Shown: in pieces, positions 42,866 through 53,335 of the stretch
Layout of the letters: every line of letters starts with the position of its first letter
How positions within the stretch are numbered: position 1 is the stretch's first letter
Source of the DNA: Prevotella sp.
GTDB taxonomy: Bacteria > Bacteroidota > Bacteroidia > Bacteroidales > Dysgonomonadaceae
DNA length: 64,000 nt
NCBI GenBank assembly: GCA_031285625.1
Contig: JAITVV010000081.1
Location: 32,001-96,000 of the forward strand
Reading direction: 5' to 3'
Translations under genes and position numbers: made by a program
The notes under the pieces: generated by a model
What the model saw: only the letters and a program-made list of their open reading frames with translations
What the model was told of the DNA's origin: nothing
Databases searched by the model: none

Positions 42866-44686
42866 TCACCTGCGGAACAGGTGTTTAAATTGATGGGAAT
42901 ATAATTTGGATAGCCCCTGCCTGTTGTCAATGGCATCCCCTACAACAATCATTGTTGTCAGCGTCAGCTTATTCTCCTTTATTATTTTTGCCAGATCCTG
43001 TAATTGCCCTCTGTAAATACGTTCATCTTTCCATGTCAGTTTATAACATGCCGCAATTGGTGTAGTTGGCGGATAATGTTCCAATAATTCTTTTTGAACA
43101 TTCTCAACTACTGTGGCACTAAGAAAAATACATATGGTACTCTGTGAGCGAGCGAGTAAATGAAGTTTCTCTTTATCAGGCATTGGCGTACGACCTTCTC
43201 CTCTTGTCAGGATGATCGTCTGTACTTTCTCAGGTATCGTAAATTGTGACCTGAGAGCAGCTGCAGCGGCCTGAAAAGATGATATACCCGGGGTGATGTG
43301 GTAAGACATATTGTATTCATCGAAGAAAGCCATTTGTTCCTGTATAGCACCATAGATGCACGGATCGCCTGTGTGTAAGCGTACAACAAGTGCACCTCTG
43401 TCATAGAACTCTTTCATCAGAGTAAATTGTTCCTCCAGGTCCATTGATGCGGAACTACGGACTACAGCTCCCTCTTTGGCACAATATGTAAGTTCTATAG
43501 GAACAAGGCTTCCGGCATATAGAATGAGATCGGCCTCTTCAAGAAACTGACGGCCTTTGACAGAGACGAGGTCAGGGTCACCGGGGCCTGCACCTACTAT
43601 TTCGATATGTCCCTGACGAATGGCTGACCGATTGAGAGCAATAGCAAAAGTGAAGTCATTTCCTTTACTTAATACACCTTTTTGTTTCTCCATGATCAAC
43701 TGTCCATAGTCTGCACTCTTGATTGCTGTGGATTCGGATACTCCCTGTACCGAGGTTACTTTTTCCACCTTTTCAGAAGGGTTAGGCACTTCAATATCTT
43801 TCAGTTCATCGGCAGAATAGATATTTACAGGTATATCGTTCAGATACTGTTGAAGGTCTCTTAGTAAGGCTTCATCCTTCTTAATATCGATGGAGGATAT
43901 ATCGGCTATGGAATGTATGGAGATGGAGTTATTTGTTATAGCTTCTGATATGTATTTAGCAATATCTTCCGGATTACAATCTTTCCGACAGCCTATACCC
44001 AGATGCAGAACCTTCGGATGATAACAGATTGTTTGTATTTCTGTTTCAGGATACAGAAAAGGAGTAACAGCAATAAGCAAGTCATACTTATCCTGTCTGA
44101 TGTCTGTATATCTGTAATATATATCTACATGGTCAGGCTTTGTCCTTTCCATATAGGCAGTTCCTTCATCTTTGATATCGAGAAGTAAGGCAACAGGCTT
44201 TTTATTCACAAACGTAGTCAGAGGAGAATTGAAGTTCTCTGCATTAGTATTTGTTGTCCATTCATATTGCTTACCTAAAGTGTCCAATGCCCACAAGCCT
44301 GTGTTGTCACTCTGAGTCGTGATAATAGCGTTTCCTCCGATGATATGGGCTATCTGACTTGTCAGGTCGTTGGCCCCTCCTACATGTCCTGAAAGTACGG
44401 ATATTACATTCTTACCTGTACTATCGATATTGATTACGGCAGGGTCTGTATGTTTATCTTTTATATAAGGTGCAATGCTCCGTACACAAATACCCATTGC
44501 TCCGATGAAAACGATAGATTCTACTTCCGAAAAGAGCTCAGCTACACAATTGCTAATGGAGTCTATATGCTCTGTTCCATCGATCTTATTCTTACTGTAT
44601 ATCTTTGATCCGGTTAATTCTTTGCTTATTGTTTCAGCTAAAGGATAGCTGCTTTCAGATGTGAGGATTATCGCTGTCTTTATCAT
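42866..44686 (-). CDS. cbiF: CbiG-CbiF(CobM) fusion: cobalt-precorrin-5A hydrolase / precorrin-4 C11-methyltransferase
   Basis: CbiG motifs KHTDPAV, LSGHVGGAN and LGIGCRK; CbiF motifs VGAGPGDPDL, YAGSLV and RLHTGDPCIYGAI. Confidence 0.95.
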   Translation of the reverse strand: MIKTAIILTSESSYPLAETISKELTGSKIYSKNKIDGTEHIDSISNCVAELFSEVESIVFIGAMGICVRSIAPYIKDKHTDPAVINIDSTGKNVISVLSGHVGGANDLTSQIAHIIGGNAIITTQSDNTGLWALDTLGKQYEWTTNTNAENFNSPLTTFVNKKPVALLLDIKDEGTAYMERTKPDHVDIYYRYTDIRQDKYDLLIAVTPFLYPETEIQTICYHPKVLHLGIGCRKDCNPEDIAKYISEAITNNSISIHSIADISSIDIKKDEALLRDLQQYLNDIPVNIYSADELKDIEVPNPSEKVEKVTSVQGVSESTAIKSADYGQLIMEKQKGVLSKGNDFTFAIALNRSAIRQGHIEIVGAGPGDPDLVSVKGRQFLEEADLILYAGSLVPIELTYCAKEGAVVRSSASMDLEEQFTLMKEFYDRGALVVRLHTGDPCIYGAIQEQMAFFDEYNMSYHITPGISSFQAAAAALRSQFTIPEKVQTIILTRGEGRTPMPDKEKLHLLARSQSTICIFLSATVVENVQKELLEHYPPTTPIAACYKLTWKDERIYRGQLQDLAKIIKENKLTLTTMIVVGDAIDNRQGLSKLYSHQFKHLFRR

Positions 44687-44687
44687 C

Positions 44688-45878
44688 TTATTTTTTCTTT
44701 ATTGCTTTCATAACTTCAATGGTATTGAAGTCGTCAATTGTGATACAAATGCTTTGCTCTAATGTCAGATTATTATCGTTTAGTGCTTCCAGAAACATAT
44801 TCCGGCTTTCGTCAGAAACGGAATTGAATACGATGCTTCCATTTTCGTTCAATATGTTAGCTACAGTGGAAACAATCTCTTTCATCTTTCCTCCATGCCC
44901 TCCTATAAAGACAGCATCAGGTTTTGGTAGATGTGAAATATCTGTTTCAGTAAAATCAGCTATAATAGCTGTGATTCCCGGTGTGCCGAATTTTTGTGCA
45001 TTCAGTTCCATTAGCTCTTTCCCTTCGTTACGCTGCTCAAATGCAAAGATTTGCAGATGAGGAAATTGAAGTTTAGCCTCTATTGATACAGATCCTGTGC
45101 AAAAACCTATATCCCAAAATACTGCTTTATCTCGGAGTTCGAGCATGCTTAAAGAAAGTAGTCGTATAGGCATCTTGGTAATCATCTTTGCACGCCCATT
45201 AAGTAAATAGAATTCATTTTCAGGAATGCCAAAAGAACGGGGACGATCAGATATCTTTTCTAAAATAAGATTGTTGGGGAAGGCAAAACTTTTGCCTATT
45301 ACGTCTTCCAGTTTATAAGTGGAGAATTTTTCCTGCTCCTTATTTCCTAACAATTCACCGACTGATATACGGTAGTTGTTATATCCGTATTTGAGCATGC
45401 GGGATGCAATAGCAGACGGGGTATGTTCTTTGTTATCTGTCAGTACTCCGATCTTATTATATCCCATTATCAGCGCTTCATCGAACTTATGCCAGGACCT
45501 GCCTGTTAACGATACAATATGCATATCATGATATGGCATGATCAGACGATGTGCAAGCAATTGCAATGAATTGAAGTACGGGTATAGTATTATATCAACG
45601 TCAGGTATCATCCTCTTTACTGTGTTGGCAAAGCCAAAGAATAAGGGATCGCCCGAAGCAAAGACAACGATTGTATTATGCTTCTTATATTCCTCAAAGA
45701 CATTCTCTAAAGGAACGGCAATATCGATCCATATACTCTTTTCAGGTAAAAAAGATTCCACGATCTGATGATGGCGGTTTCCTCCTGAAAAAATGCGATG
45801 AGAACGGATGATATCTAATATTTCTTCCGCGAAATGTTGTTCCTGATCATCGTCGATACCTATTATATAGAATTTCAT
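44688..45878 (-). CDS. cbiE: CbiE-CbiT fusion: precorrin-6Y C5,15-methyltransferase (decarboxylating)
   Basis: ASGDPLFFG, ITKMPIR, WDIGFCTGSVSIE and PDAVFIGG motifs. Confidence 0.95.
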   Translation of the reverse strand: MKFYIIGIDDDQEQHFAEEILDIIRSHRIFSGGNRHHQIVESFLPEKSIWIDIAVPLENVFEEYKKHNTIVVFASGDPLFFGFANTVKRMIPDVDIILYPYFNSLQLLAHRLIMPYHDMHIVSLTGRSWHKFDEALIMGYNKIGVLTDNKEHTPSAIASRMLKYGYNNYRISVGELLGNKEQEKFSTYKLEDVIGKSFAFPNNLILEKISDRPRSFGIPENEFYLLNGRAKMITKMPIRLLSLSMLELRDKAVFWDIGFCTGSVSIEAKLQFPHLQIFAFEQRNEGKELMELNAQKFGTPGITAIIADFTETDISHLPKPDAVFIGGHGGKMKEIVSTVANILNENGSIVFNSVSDESRNMFLEALNDNNLTLEQSICITIDDFNTIEVMKAIKKK

Positions 45879-45880
45879 GA

Positions 45881-47287
45881 TTATACGTCTCTACCGGGTT
45901 TCAATTGTTCTGCATCGTCAAAAGTAAGAATAGAGTTGACCAATGTTGCAGCCAGATTACTTCCTCCCTTGCGCCCTTCTACAATTAGTTTAGGTATATC
46001 CTTGAATGGCTTGGTCATATGTTTGGACTCCCTTACATTTACAAAACCTACAGGAGCAGCAACAATACCTGCCGGATGAGCTTTGTCTTTTCTCACTAAT
46101 TCACACAATTCCATCAGTGCAGTAGGTGCATTACCGAAAACATACAATGCATCGGGATGTTCTTCTACTGCTAAGCGAATACCGGCTTGTGTGCGGGTTA
46201 TTCCTTTTTCTTTTGCGATAGTAGCAACGCGTTCATCATGCAGATAACATTTTACGTCAATGCCTAAGCGATCCAAAGCTCCTTTACGAATACCTGACGC
46301 AGCCATTGTTACATCTGTTATAATTGTTTTCACCTTTCCTTGTATAAACTCATTATGCAGGTTTTCCACAGCATTTTCGTCTACAAGCAGGATATTTTCC
46401 ATATCGAAATCGGCAGTAGTATGTATGGCATGAAGCAATGCCCATTTCTTGCCTAAAGAAATATTCTTATTCTTGAGTTCACCCTCTATAGTGCGGAAAC
46501 TACGGATCATAATATCCTGACCAATACCAATTTCTTCACTTTTAGATTCACGATAGTATCCGCGTGGGGTAATAATATTGTTGTTAGAAATATATGATTG
46601 GGAATTTCCTATAATGATAATCGTGAACATATCTATTTCTTCAGGATCGAATTCAGCAAGGGTAGTAACCTTTATTTCCTGTTCCTCACGTCCTGCCTGA
46701 CGTACATAACCAATAGGCGTTTCGGGAGATCGTTCTTTCAGAAAAAGCTCGATCAATCGGTATAATTGCCAATAACGTCCTTTGCTTTTTGGATTGTAGA
46801 TAGCAGTTACAAAATCGGCAGAAACTGCTGCCGATATTCGCTTTTCTATTCTGTCCCAAGGTGTCATTAGGTCTGAAAGGGAAATGATGCAGAAATCGTG
46901 TCCGATGGGTGCACCAAGCAATGCTGCCGCTTTCTGGAATGCGCTTATGCCGGGTAGTACTTCCACTTCTATTCTGCTTTTCCTCTCATCCCTCATTTCG
47001 TAGACAAGCGGAGCCATTCCATAAATGCCGGAATCGCCGGAACTAATGACACAAACAGTCTTGCCTTTTTCTGCATGAAGAAAAGCCTCTTCTGCACGTT
47101 CACGCTCTTTTTTCATGCCTGTATCGATACAGATTGTATCAGAATTGATTATATTCTCTACAAACTGAAAATAGTACTTATAACCGACTATAACCTGCGA
47201 TATTTTCATTGCATCTATCACAGCCGGTGTAATATCTTCCTTTGATCCGGGGCCTATTCCGGCAACTATTATTTTCCCTTTTGTCAT
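45881..47287 (-). CDS. cbiH: CbiH(CobJ)-CbiC(CobH) fusion
   Basis: GIGPG, SSGDSGIYGM and ISLSDLMTPW; then IHTTADF, GNAPTAL, PVGFV and GRKGGS. Confidence 0.95.
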   Translation of the reverse strand: MTKGKIIVAGIGPGSKEDITPAVIDAMKISQVIVGYKYYFQFVENIINSDTICIDTGMKKERERAEEAFLHAEKGKTVCVISSGDSGIYGMAPLVYEMRDERKSRIEVEVLPGISAFQKAAALLGAPIGHDFCIISLSDLMTPWDRIEKRISAAVSADFVTAIYNPKSKGRYWQLYRLIELFLKERSPETPIGYVRQAGREEQEIKVTTLAEFDPEEIDMFTIIIIGNSQSYISNNNIITPRGYYRESKSEEIGIGQDIMIRSFRTIEGELKNKNISLGKKWALLHAIHTTADFDMENILLVDENAVENLHNEFIQGKVKTIITDVTMAASGIRKGALDRLGIDVKCYLHDERVATIAKEKGITRTQAGIRLAVEEHPDALYVFGNAPTALMELCELVRKDKAHPAGIVAAPVGFVNVRESKHMTKPFKDIPKLIVEGRKGGSNLAATLVNSILTFDDAEQLKPGRDV

Positions 47288-47292
47288 GTATG

Positions 47293-48768
47293 TTAGTTGT
47301 GTTTATTAGAACAAATATACTTCTTTAATTTCTTAACTTTCCGTTTCAGATATCCAAACCCTAGCCAAACTCCTGATACGGATACAATTGTTCCACCAAT
47401 CATGGTTGTCCACATAATAATATTCCAAAGAATTTTATTTTCTGCCGTAAGTTTAAACTTGAAACTATGTAATGCCTGATAAGACCAACGCCTTACTTTG
47501 GTATTCGTATTAAAATAGCGCGTATTCCCGTTTTTAGGATTGATATAATAGGTGCTGCCATCTGCATCATCTATTTCAGCTTTATATACAGGTAATGGTA
47601 AATGATCGGACAGGCCTACATAGTAGTTGTCATACTCCGTCATTAATGAAAGTGTAACCGGCTCGGAATGAACTAATGCCAACCTTTCTTTTATATCCTG
47701 TTCGTTTAGTGACAGATCCTTAATTTCTTCAGAAGAGGCATCAATAGTTATTAACCGATTATTTATGACAGCCTTATAGATGGGTTTATTTCCAAATGAT
47801 GTCCATTCTATGCTTTTTACCTCATCAGGGTATTTATCAAATATTCTATGATAGTCCAATATGTAATTTTGGAGCTTGATAGGTTCTTGCGCATACAATT
47901 TTTTCTCTATGTCAGAATTATGCACTTTAACTATCCATTGAGGAACAGGAGCCAATGACATCATTCCGCTGAATACAAATGTAAAAACAAATATGCCGAA
48001 TATAAATCCTAATATATGATGCCATTTATAGATAATCTTTTTATATGGAGTCTTCAGCTTCTTTCTCCGGCGATATTGTACAATATAGGAACGTACGCCA
48101 AGGATAATGCCAGCAAGGCACATTAGTGAACCAATGCCTGAAAGCCATACTACCACGTCTATCCATAGTTGGGAATTTTGCCGGAGTGAGGTAAAATACA
48201 CCCAGTGGGGTATTGCTCCCAGCCATGCCCAGAAACGATTGTTTTCATCGGTAAATTGCAAAGCCTCACCTGTACGTGATGATATATAGAGTTGATGTTT
48301 GTCTTTATCTCCAAAATAGAATTTATAGATAGGAAACTCTTTTTTCAAACGCCCAAAAGGTATCCATTGATCCAATTCACGTAATGTATCTACCTGTACT
48401 ATTTCAGCGTCATTCCATCGTTGTGCATATTCCTTTATCTGTTCATATGTAGAGGATCGTACATTCTGCATGGACAAGTCTGCAAAAATCCGGCTGTTAT
48501 TCCCTGAGGACGAAACAACGAAGAAAGGCTTATTTGCATAAGACTGTAATGCTAATTTAGTTATTGTACTATCCGATTTCTTTATGATTGAATCAATAGG
48601 TAGAATATCCCCCTGCAACACATCCATATTTTTATATGTGTCGCGATTGCTTACTTTCGGAAAAGTATGATATATCATTACAAAACCTGAAAGGAACCAG
48701 ATCAGGAACAGGATACTGAGAATTGTACCCAGTATCCTGTGAAAAGAATAGAATATCTTTGTTAGCAT
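47293..48768 (-). CDS. PepSY-associated TM protein (BtuN-like)
   Basis: HRILG..LSILFLIWFLSG, WLGAIPHWVYF, WHHILG and RRWSYQALHS motifs. Confidence 0.85.
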   Translation of the reverse strand: MLTKIFYSFHRILGTILSILFLIWFLSGFVMIYHTFPKVSNRDTYKNMDVLQGDILPIDSIIKKSDSTITKLALQSYANKPFFVVSSSGNNSRIFADLSMQNVRSSTYEQIKEYAQRWNDAEIVQVDTLRELDQWIPFGRLKKEFPIYKFYFGDKDKHQLYISSRTGEALQFTDENNRFWAWLGAIPHWVYFTSLRQNSQLWIDVVVWLSGIGSLMCLAGIILGVRSYIVQYRRRKKLKTPYKKIIYKWHHILGFIFGIFVFTFVFSGMMSLAPVPQWIVKVHNSDIEKKLYAQEPIKLQNYILDYHRIFDKYPDEVKSIEWTSFGNKPIYKAVINNRLITIDASSEEIKDLSLNEQDIKERLALVHSEPVTLSLMTEYDNYYVGLSDHLPLPVYKAEIDDADGSTYYINPKNGNTRYFNTNTKVRRWSYQALHSFKFKLTAENKILWNIIMWTTMIGGTIVSVSGVWLGFGYLKRKVKKLKKYICSNKHN

Positions 48769-48770
48769 AA

Positions 48771-51128
48771 TTATAAGCTATACGCGAGAGTAAACAAATA
48801 GTTACGGGGATTGCTCGGTACCATCTGGGTACTCAACGATTGATTATAATATTCCTTGTCAAACACATTATTTACATTTACTCTCAGTTGTATGCCATTA
48901 TTTAACTTGTAGGATGCTCCGAAATCTGTTAGCCAGTAAGAAGGATATACCACACTTTTACTTATATCGCGATACACATTATCAGTATAGGATACAGTAA
49001 AGTTGAAAGCCAAGTCTTTAAACACACCTCTTGTAATACCATAATTTCCGGCTGCAAAGAATGTATTTTTAGGGATACCTGCCAGACGCATACCTTTTTG
49101 AGGATCGGATCCACTTTCGACATAGCCATTTTCAACTAAATTCTTAGCGGTGAAATCTATGATAGTTGCATCGGTATATCCATATCCCAAAGAAAACATC
49201 AAGTTGTCAGATGGTGTAATTATAAATTCCAATTCAAAACCTTTCGATTCGCTGGATGCTACTTGTCCTACAACCGATTTCTTTTTTCCTCCGTCTTCCG
49301 GGTCTTCATAGCTACTGTTTAGTGTTTTCTTTTCATTATTCTTGCGAATATAAAATGCACTGGCTGTAGCTTGTAAGAGCCTGCTGAATGAATAGCGTGC
49401 ACCCAGTTCAGCTTGATAGCCTGTCTGCGGTTTTAAAGCTTCCTCGGCTGATTTCGGATAAAATCTTTTGCCATCTCCGTCGATATATACGGTGGTTTCG
49501 GTATTTACGATATCACGATATGGCATAAAAAAGTTTGCAATCGATCCGTATATAGATAAATTAGTCACAGGCAAATAAACAGCACCGACCCTATAAGTAA
49601 AAGCAGAAGTAGAAGTTTTATCAAAAGGTTCTTGTTCCGAATATTCCCGCTCTTTCGTTTTGGTATCCATTTTACCTAAAGCGGTTTTGAATGAAAAGTG
49701 GTCAAAACGTCCGGATAGCATAACTTTAAACTTTTCAGATAATTCGAATAGATTTTGCAGGTAAACACTGTTTGTGTAATTACGTGTAGCAGTACCTGCT
49801 CCAAAATACGGATCCATATATCCCATGCTGTGAGGATTGTTGACAGAAACTTTAGAATATAATCCGGGACCTTCTATTAAATCGGATAATGCATATCCCC
49901 CTCCATAACCACGATAAGTGTTACGATGGAAAAAAACGAAGTTATATCCACCCAGATAATTATATTTCATACCGTTGACGAATTCTATCTTACCGGATGC
50001 TTCTATTTGTTCATTAATAGTGTGTACTGTATAAGCGAAACGAAGAGGATATGTTAGCTGGACAGTATCTAAACAGATATATTTTTTCGCATCTCCTTTC
50101 ATATAGTAGTGGTTATAGATCGGTTGGTCACTTTCCAGATATGATAGTTCCTCAGTACTGAAATAATCGATGTTATCGTAGTTATATGCCAAACGGTTTT
50201 CTATTTTAAAAGATTCCGATACTTTATTACTATATCTTACAGATATATTCGAAGCATGATTTTTCATGAAATCGGACTCGTTATTATACCTTGCACGTTT
50301 ATTTAATCCGGGAAGCATATCCCCCTTGGAAAGATATTGAGTGCCATCTGTTTTATAAATATCATTGGCCATAAGGCGTGGTAGACCAATCTCTGTTCCG
50401 TACCAGTCGCGGTTAAGCCCTGCGCGGATGTCCAGTTCCTGTTTTTCGTCGAACTTAGCACCCAGTACAAAATATCCGGAGAAACGCTTGTCATTGGTAT
50501 CCCTGTATCCTTCATTATCGGACCAGTTTATCACTGCACGATAATTAAACGGCCCAAGAAATCTTCCTCCGAAATCCATCATAGCACGTTTGTTATCCCA
50601 CGAGCCGTAACTCATCAGGGCATTTACTGTTGTGCGGGATGTTGGAGCCTTGCGGGTAATATTTACAATTCCTCCTACAGAAGAGTGTCCGTATAATACA
50701 GAGGCCGGGCCTTTAAGTAACTCGATAGACTCTACTGATGACAAATCTGCCAATGGTGCGGAGTTTGTAATGGAAGTACGCTCATCCCTTACGCCATCTA
50801 TCATAATAGGAGTATAATCGAATCCTCTTACTTCGAACTGCTGGTATGAGCCATAAGTGGTTCTCATACGTGTATTGGGTAGGAATTTCACTGCGTCTTG
50901 TATATTTACAATACCTCTCATATCCAGATTATTCGCTGATACGGTAGTTACTGAAAGAGGTAAGTATTGTAATGGAACATTCAGTTTTCCGATATCATTT
51001 TTTTTCAGGTTGGTTCCTATTACTTCAATTTCTTTTATGCTATGTATGGTATCCGTTATACTTTTATTCTGAGCGTTAGAATATAAGCTAATCGCTGATA
51101 GTATAATAATAAATATATATATTTTCAT
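48771..51128 (-). CDS. TonB-dependent receptor (siderophore/metal type)
   Basis: VRGF, IELLKGPASVLYG, GGIVN and NNVFDKEY motifs. Confidence 0.93.
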   Translation of the reverse strand: MKIYIFIIILSAISLYSNAQNKSITDTIHSIKEIEVIGTNLKKNDIGKLNVPLQYLPLSVTTVSANNLDMRGIVNIQDAVKFLPNTRMRTTYGSYQQFEVRGFDYTPIMIDGVRDERTSITNSAPLADLSSVESIELLKGPASVLYGHSSVGGIVNITRKAPTSRTTVNALMSYGSWDNKRAMMDFGGRFLGPFNYRAVINWSDNEGYRDTNDKRFSGYFVLGAKFDEKQELDIRAGLNRDWYGTEIGLPRLMANDIYKTDGTQYLSKGDMLPGLNKRARYNNESDFMKNHASNISVRYSNKVSESFKIENRLAYNYDNIDYFSTEELSYLESDQPIYNHYYMKGDAKKYICLDTVQLTYPLRFAYTVHTINEQIEASGKIEFVNGMKYNYLGGYNFVFFHRNTYRGYGGGYALSDLIEGPGLYSKVSVNNPHSMGYMDPYFGAGTATRNYTNSVYLQNLFELSEKFKVMLSGRFDHFSFKTALGKMDTKTKEREYSEQEPFDKTSTSAFTYRVGAVYLPVTNLSIYGSIANFFMPYRDIVNTETTVYIDGDGKRFYPKSAEEALKPQTGYQAELGARYSFSRLLQATASAFYIRKNNEKKTLNSSYEDPEDGGKKKSVVGQVASSESKGFELEFIITPSDNLMFSLGYGYTDATIIDFTAKNLVENGYVESGSDPQKGMRLAGIPKNTFFAAGNYGITRGVFKDLAFNFTVSYTDNVYRDISKSVVYPSYWLTDFGASYKLNNGIQLRVNVNNVFDKEYYNQSLSTQMVPSNPRNYLFTLAYSL

Positions 51129-51219
51129 AGTTCTTTTTATTTGAATAATTAAATAACTAAAGTATTTGTATTCACTTGATTTTTGTCATCTCTCCTCTTT
51201 TCCTTGATAAATGGGTCGG

Positions 51220-51246
51220 GATGCTTCCTATCGTCAGCATGACAAA
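51220..51246 (+). repeat. REP-like repeat arm (inverted copy of 53328-53354)
   Basis: GATGCTTCCTATCGTCAGCATGACAAA, the exact reverse complement of 53328-53354. Confidence 0.85.
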
Positions 51247-51272
51247 ATACTTCAATAAATGTCTGCCATAAC

Positions 51273-52211
51273 TTAATGATGGTGAAGATGTTGCTTCTCT
51301 CCTGTTACTTCATAGGTGGCTTTCTTCTCCATAATGCCTATCTTACGGTGAGTAGCTATAAATTTTAGGTGTGAAATGTACAGATCTTGTATATCCGGAT
51401 TTTGTCCTAACCCTTTCATTAAGACTCCGACTTCAAAACCTTCTTTCCCCAAATCGTTTTTCCAGTCTTCGGCTATATCATTTTTAGCATGTTCTCCCGC
51501 AACAAACATAAAAGGAACTAATACTACTTTCTTTAATCCTGATGTTTTCAATTGTTTAAGCATATCGTTATATTCAGGATAACCTTCGATTGTTCCTACA
51601 AAATAGTTATTGTGACCTTTAGCCTTTAACATATAATCCATCATTGCATACTGCGCCGTAGTGGCATCGTAAGTACCATGACCTACCCATACATATGCCG
51701 TATTTTTATCACTGTTCGAGGTCAGGATATCTATTACCTTTTCATAATCGTGAGGCGAGTACAAAAGAGGATCTCCTACACGGATATCTTTAAATAATGC
51801 ACTCACTTCTTCTACATTTCTGTTTAATGATTCCATTTCCACCCCATCAATTATGGTAGATGCCTGCACAAGGATATGTGTATATCCATCCGCATGGAGT
51901 TGTTTCAATGCTTCCAACGGGTTTTGCTTAATAATACCCATTGCATCCAATCTCTTAATAACGATACGCGATGTATATGCTTCGCGGAACTCAATGTCAC
52001 TGAATTGTTGTTTTACTTTGCTGTTTATTGCATCTATCGTAAGTTCGCGGGTATCGCGATGTGTTGTACCGAAGTGTACCATCAGTATAGCCAGTTTATC
52101 GCCGGTTTGCATCGTTTTTATAATATCTGATGCTTCAAAGTTTTTACCTCCGTGCCCCAAGGCTGTTAGTGCAATGATGCACATCGTGAATATTAAGAAT
52201 ATCTTTTTCAT
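51273..52211 (-). CDS. cbiK: Sirohydrochlorin cobaltochelatase CbiK with signal peptide
   Basis: LMVHFGT, AYTSRIV, VGHGT, GTIEGYP and PFMFVAGEHAKND motifs; N-terminal signal; His-rich tail. Confidence 0.93.
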   Translation of the reverse strand: MKKIFLIFTMCIIALTALGHGGKNFEASDIIKTMQTGDKLAILMVHFGTTHRDTRELTIDAINSKVKQQFSDIEFREAYTSRIVIKRLDAMGIIKQNPLEALKQLHADGYTHILVQASTIIDGVEMESLNRNVEEVSALFKDIRVGDPLLYSPHDYEKVIDILTSNSDKNTAYVWVGHGTYDATTAQYAMMDYMLKAKGHNNYFVGTIEGYPEYNDMLKQLKTSGLKKVVLVPFMFVAGEHAKNDIAEDWKNDLGKEGFEVGVLMKGLGQNPDIQDLYISHLKFIATHRKIGIMEKKATYEVTGEKQHLHHH

Positions 52212-52225
52212 ATATTTATTATTTT

Positions 52226-53335
52226 TTATTCCAATGGTTTAAAGTAGCTAAGCTCACTATGAGGAAATAATTGAGGCTGAAATATTATAGCCATATCCCT
52301 CAGTATCGAATCAGGGTGTATAGGTATATCTTCGAAATAATGGATCCTACCTGTATTACAACCCCAGATATGTTTGTTCTTATATGCACCAAACTGCGAG
52401 TATATCTTACTTTCTTTCTCCAGAGTGGAATAAGTGAAATCATTATCCCGGTTATACTTCAATAGCCAGATATCTGCCGTACCTGCCTCATCAAGAACCA
52501 TTTCTCCGGCCAATCGCCTCGATCCGGTTGATGAGTCTTTCCATACATATTCTCCTCCGGCATCGCGTATGAGGTTTGCCAGATAGCTTTGTCCGCCTGC
52601 TATCCGCCATGTTTTCCCAAACTTGAGATCATTAAATACAGTCGGTTTCTTATCGGTATTCTTCACTTTTTCCTTGATTTCATTGTAACGGCGTTCCGTT
52701 TCGCTGAACAGAGAATCAGCCATTTGCTCTTTCCCATAAAACAAAGCGTGATAGCGTATCCATTCGGCACGTCCCAAGGCTGTATTTTCCATGTAATCTG
52801 TTGTAGCAATAACCGGAATTTTTAGCTTTTCGAGATAGCCCATTCCCGTTTCCATCGCTGAAACGACAAGTCCGGAAGGCATAAGTTGGATCAGACGTTC
52901 TACATCAGGTTTGTGCATACTGCCTAGGTCAAGGATTTCGCCTGATTTGAGTTTTTCCTGAATATAGGGTAAGTCGATATACTGTGCCTGACAGACTCCT
53001 TTTATCTTGTGCTGCTCATTTATTTCCTGAAGCATACTACACTGGATAGTAGAAAAAGCAATTACCGATTCTAACGGAACTTTTACAATAGTACCTTTTG
53101 GTAAATCTGAAGGAATTTCTTTATCCTTATCAACCAATATGTATTGAAAGAGTGTACGAGTGGTATCCCACGGATCACGTACAGTTACCAGCCTGTAATC
53201 GTCATATCCTTTTACACTGAAGCCTTTTGCATATCTCAATTCATATCCATCAATATCTTCAATGCTCTTTTTTTGTGTTTGGGAGCAGGATAATGACAGG
53301 ATGAAAACAAGGATCAGCAATATCCTCTTTGTCAT
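52226..53335 (-). CDS. ABC-type cobalamin/iron substrate-binding lipoprotein (BtuF-like)
   Basis: YAKGF, DYMENTALGRAEWI and DAGGEY motifs. The lipoprotein signal MTKRILLILVFILSLSC suggests a start at 53335 rather than 53428. Confidence 0.88.
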   Translation of the reverse strand: MTKRILLILVFILSLSCSQTQKKSIEDIDGYELRYAKGFSVKGYDDYRLVTVRDPWDTTRTLFQYILVDKDKEIPSDLPKGTIVKVPLESVIAFSTIQCSMLQEINEQHKIKGVCQAQYIDLPYIQEKLKSGEILDLGSMHKPDVERLIQLMPSGLVVSAMETGMGYLEKLKIPVIATTDYMENTALGRAEWIRYHALFYGKEQMADSLFSETERRYNEIKEKVKNTDKKPTVFNDLKFGKTWRIAGGQSYLANLIRDAGGEYVWKDSSTGSRRLAGEMVLDEAGTADIWLLKYNRDNDFTYSTLEKESKIYSQFGAYKNKHIWGCNTGRIHYFEDIPIHPDSILRDMAIIFQPQLFPHSELSYFKPLE

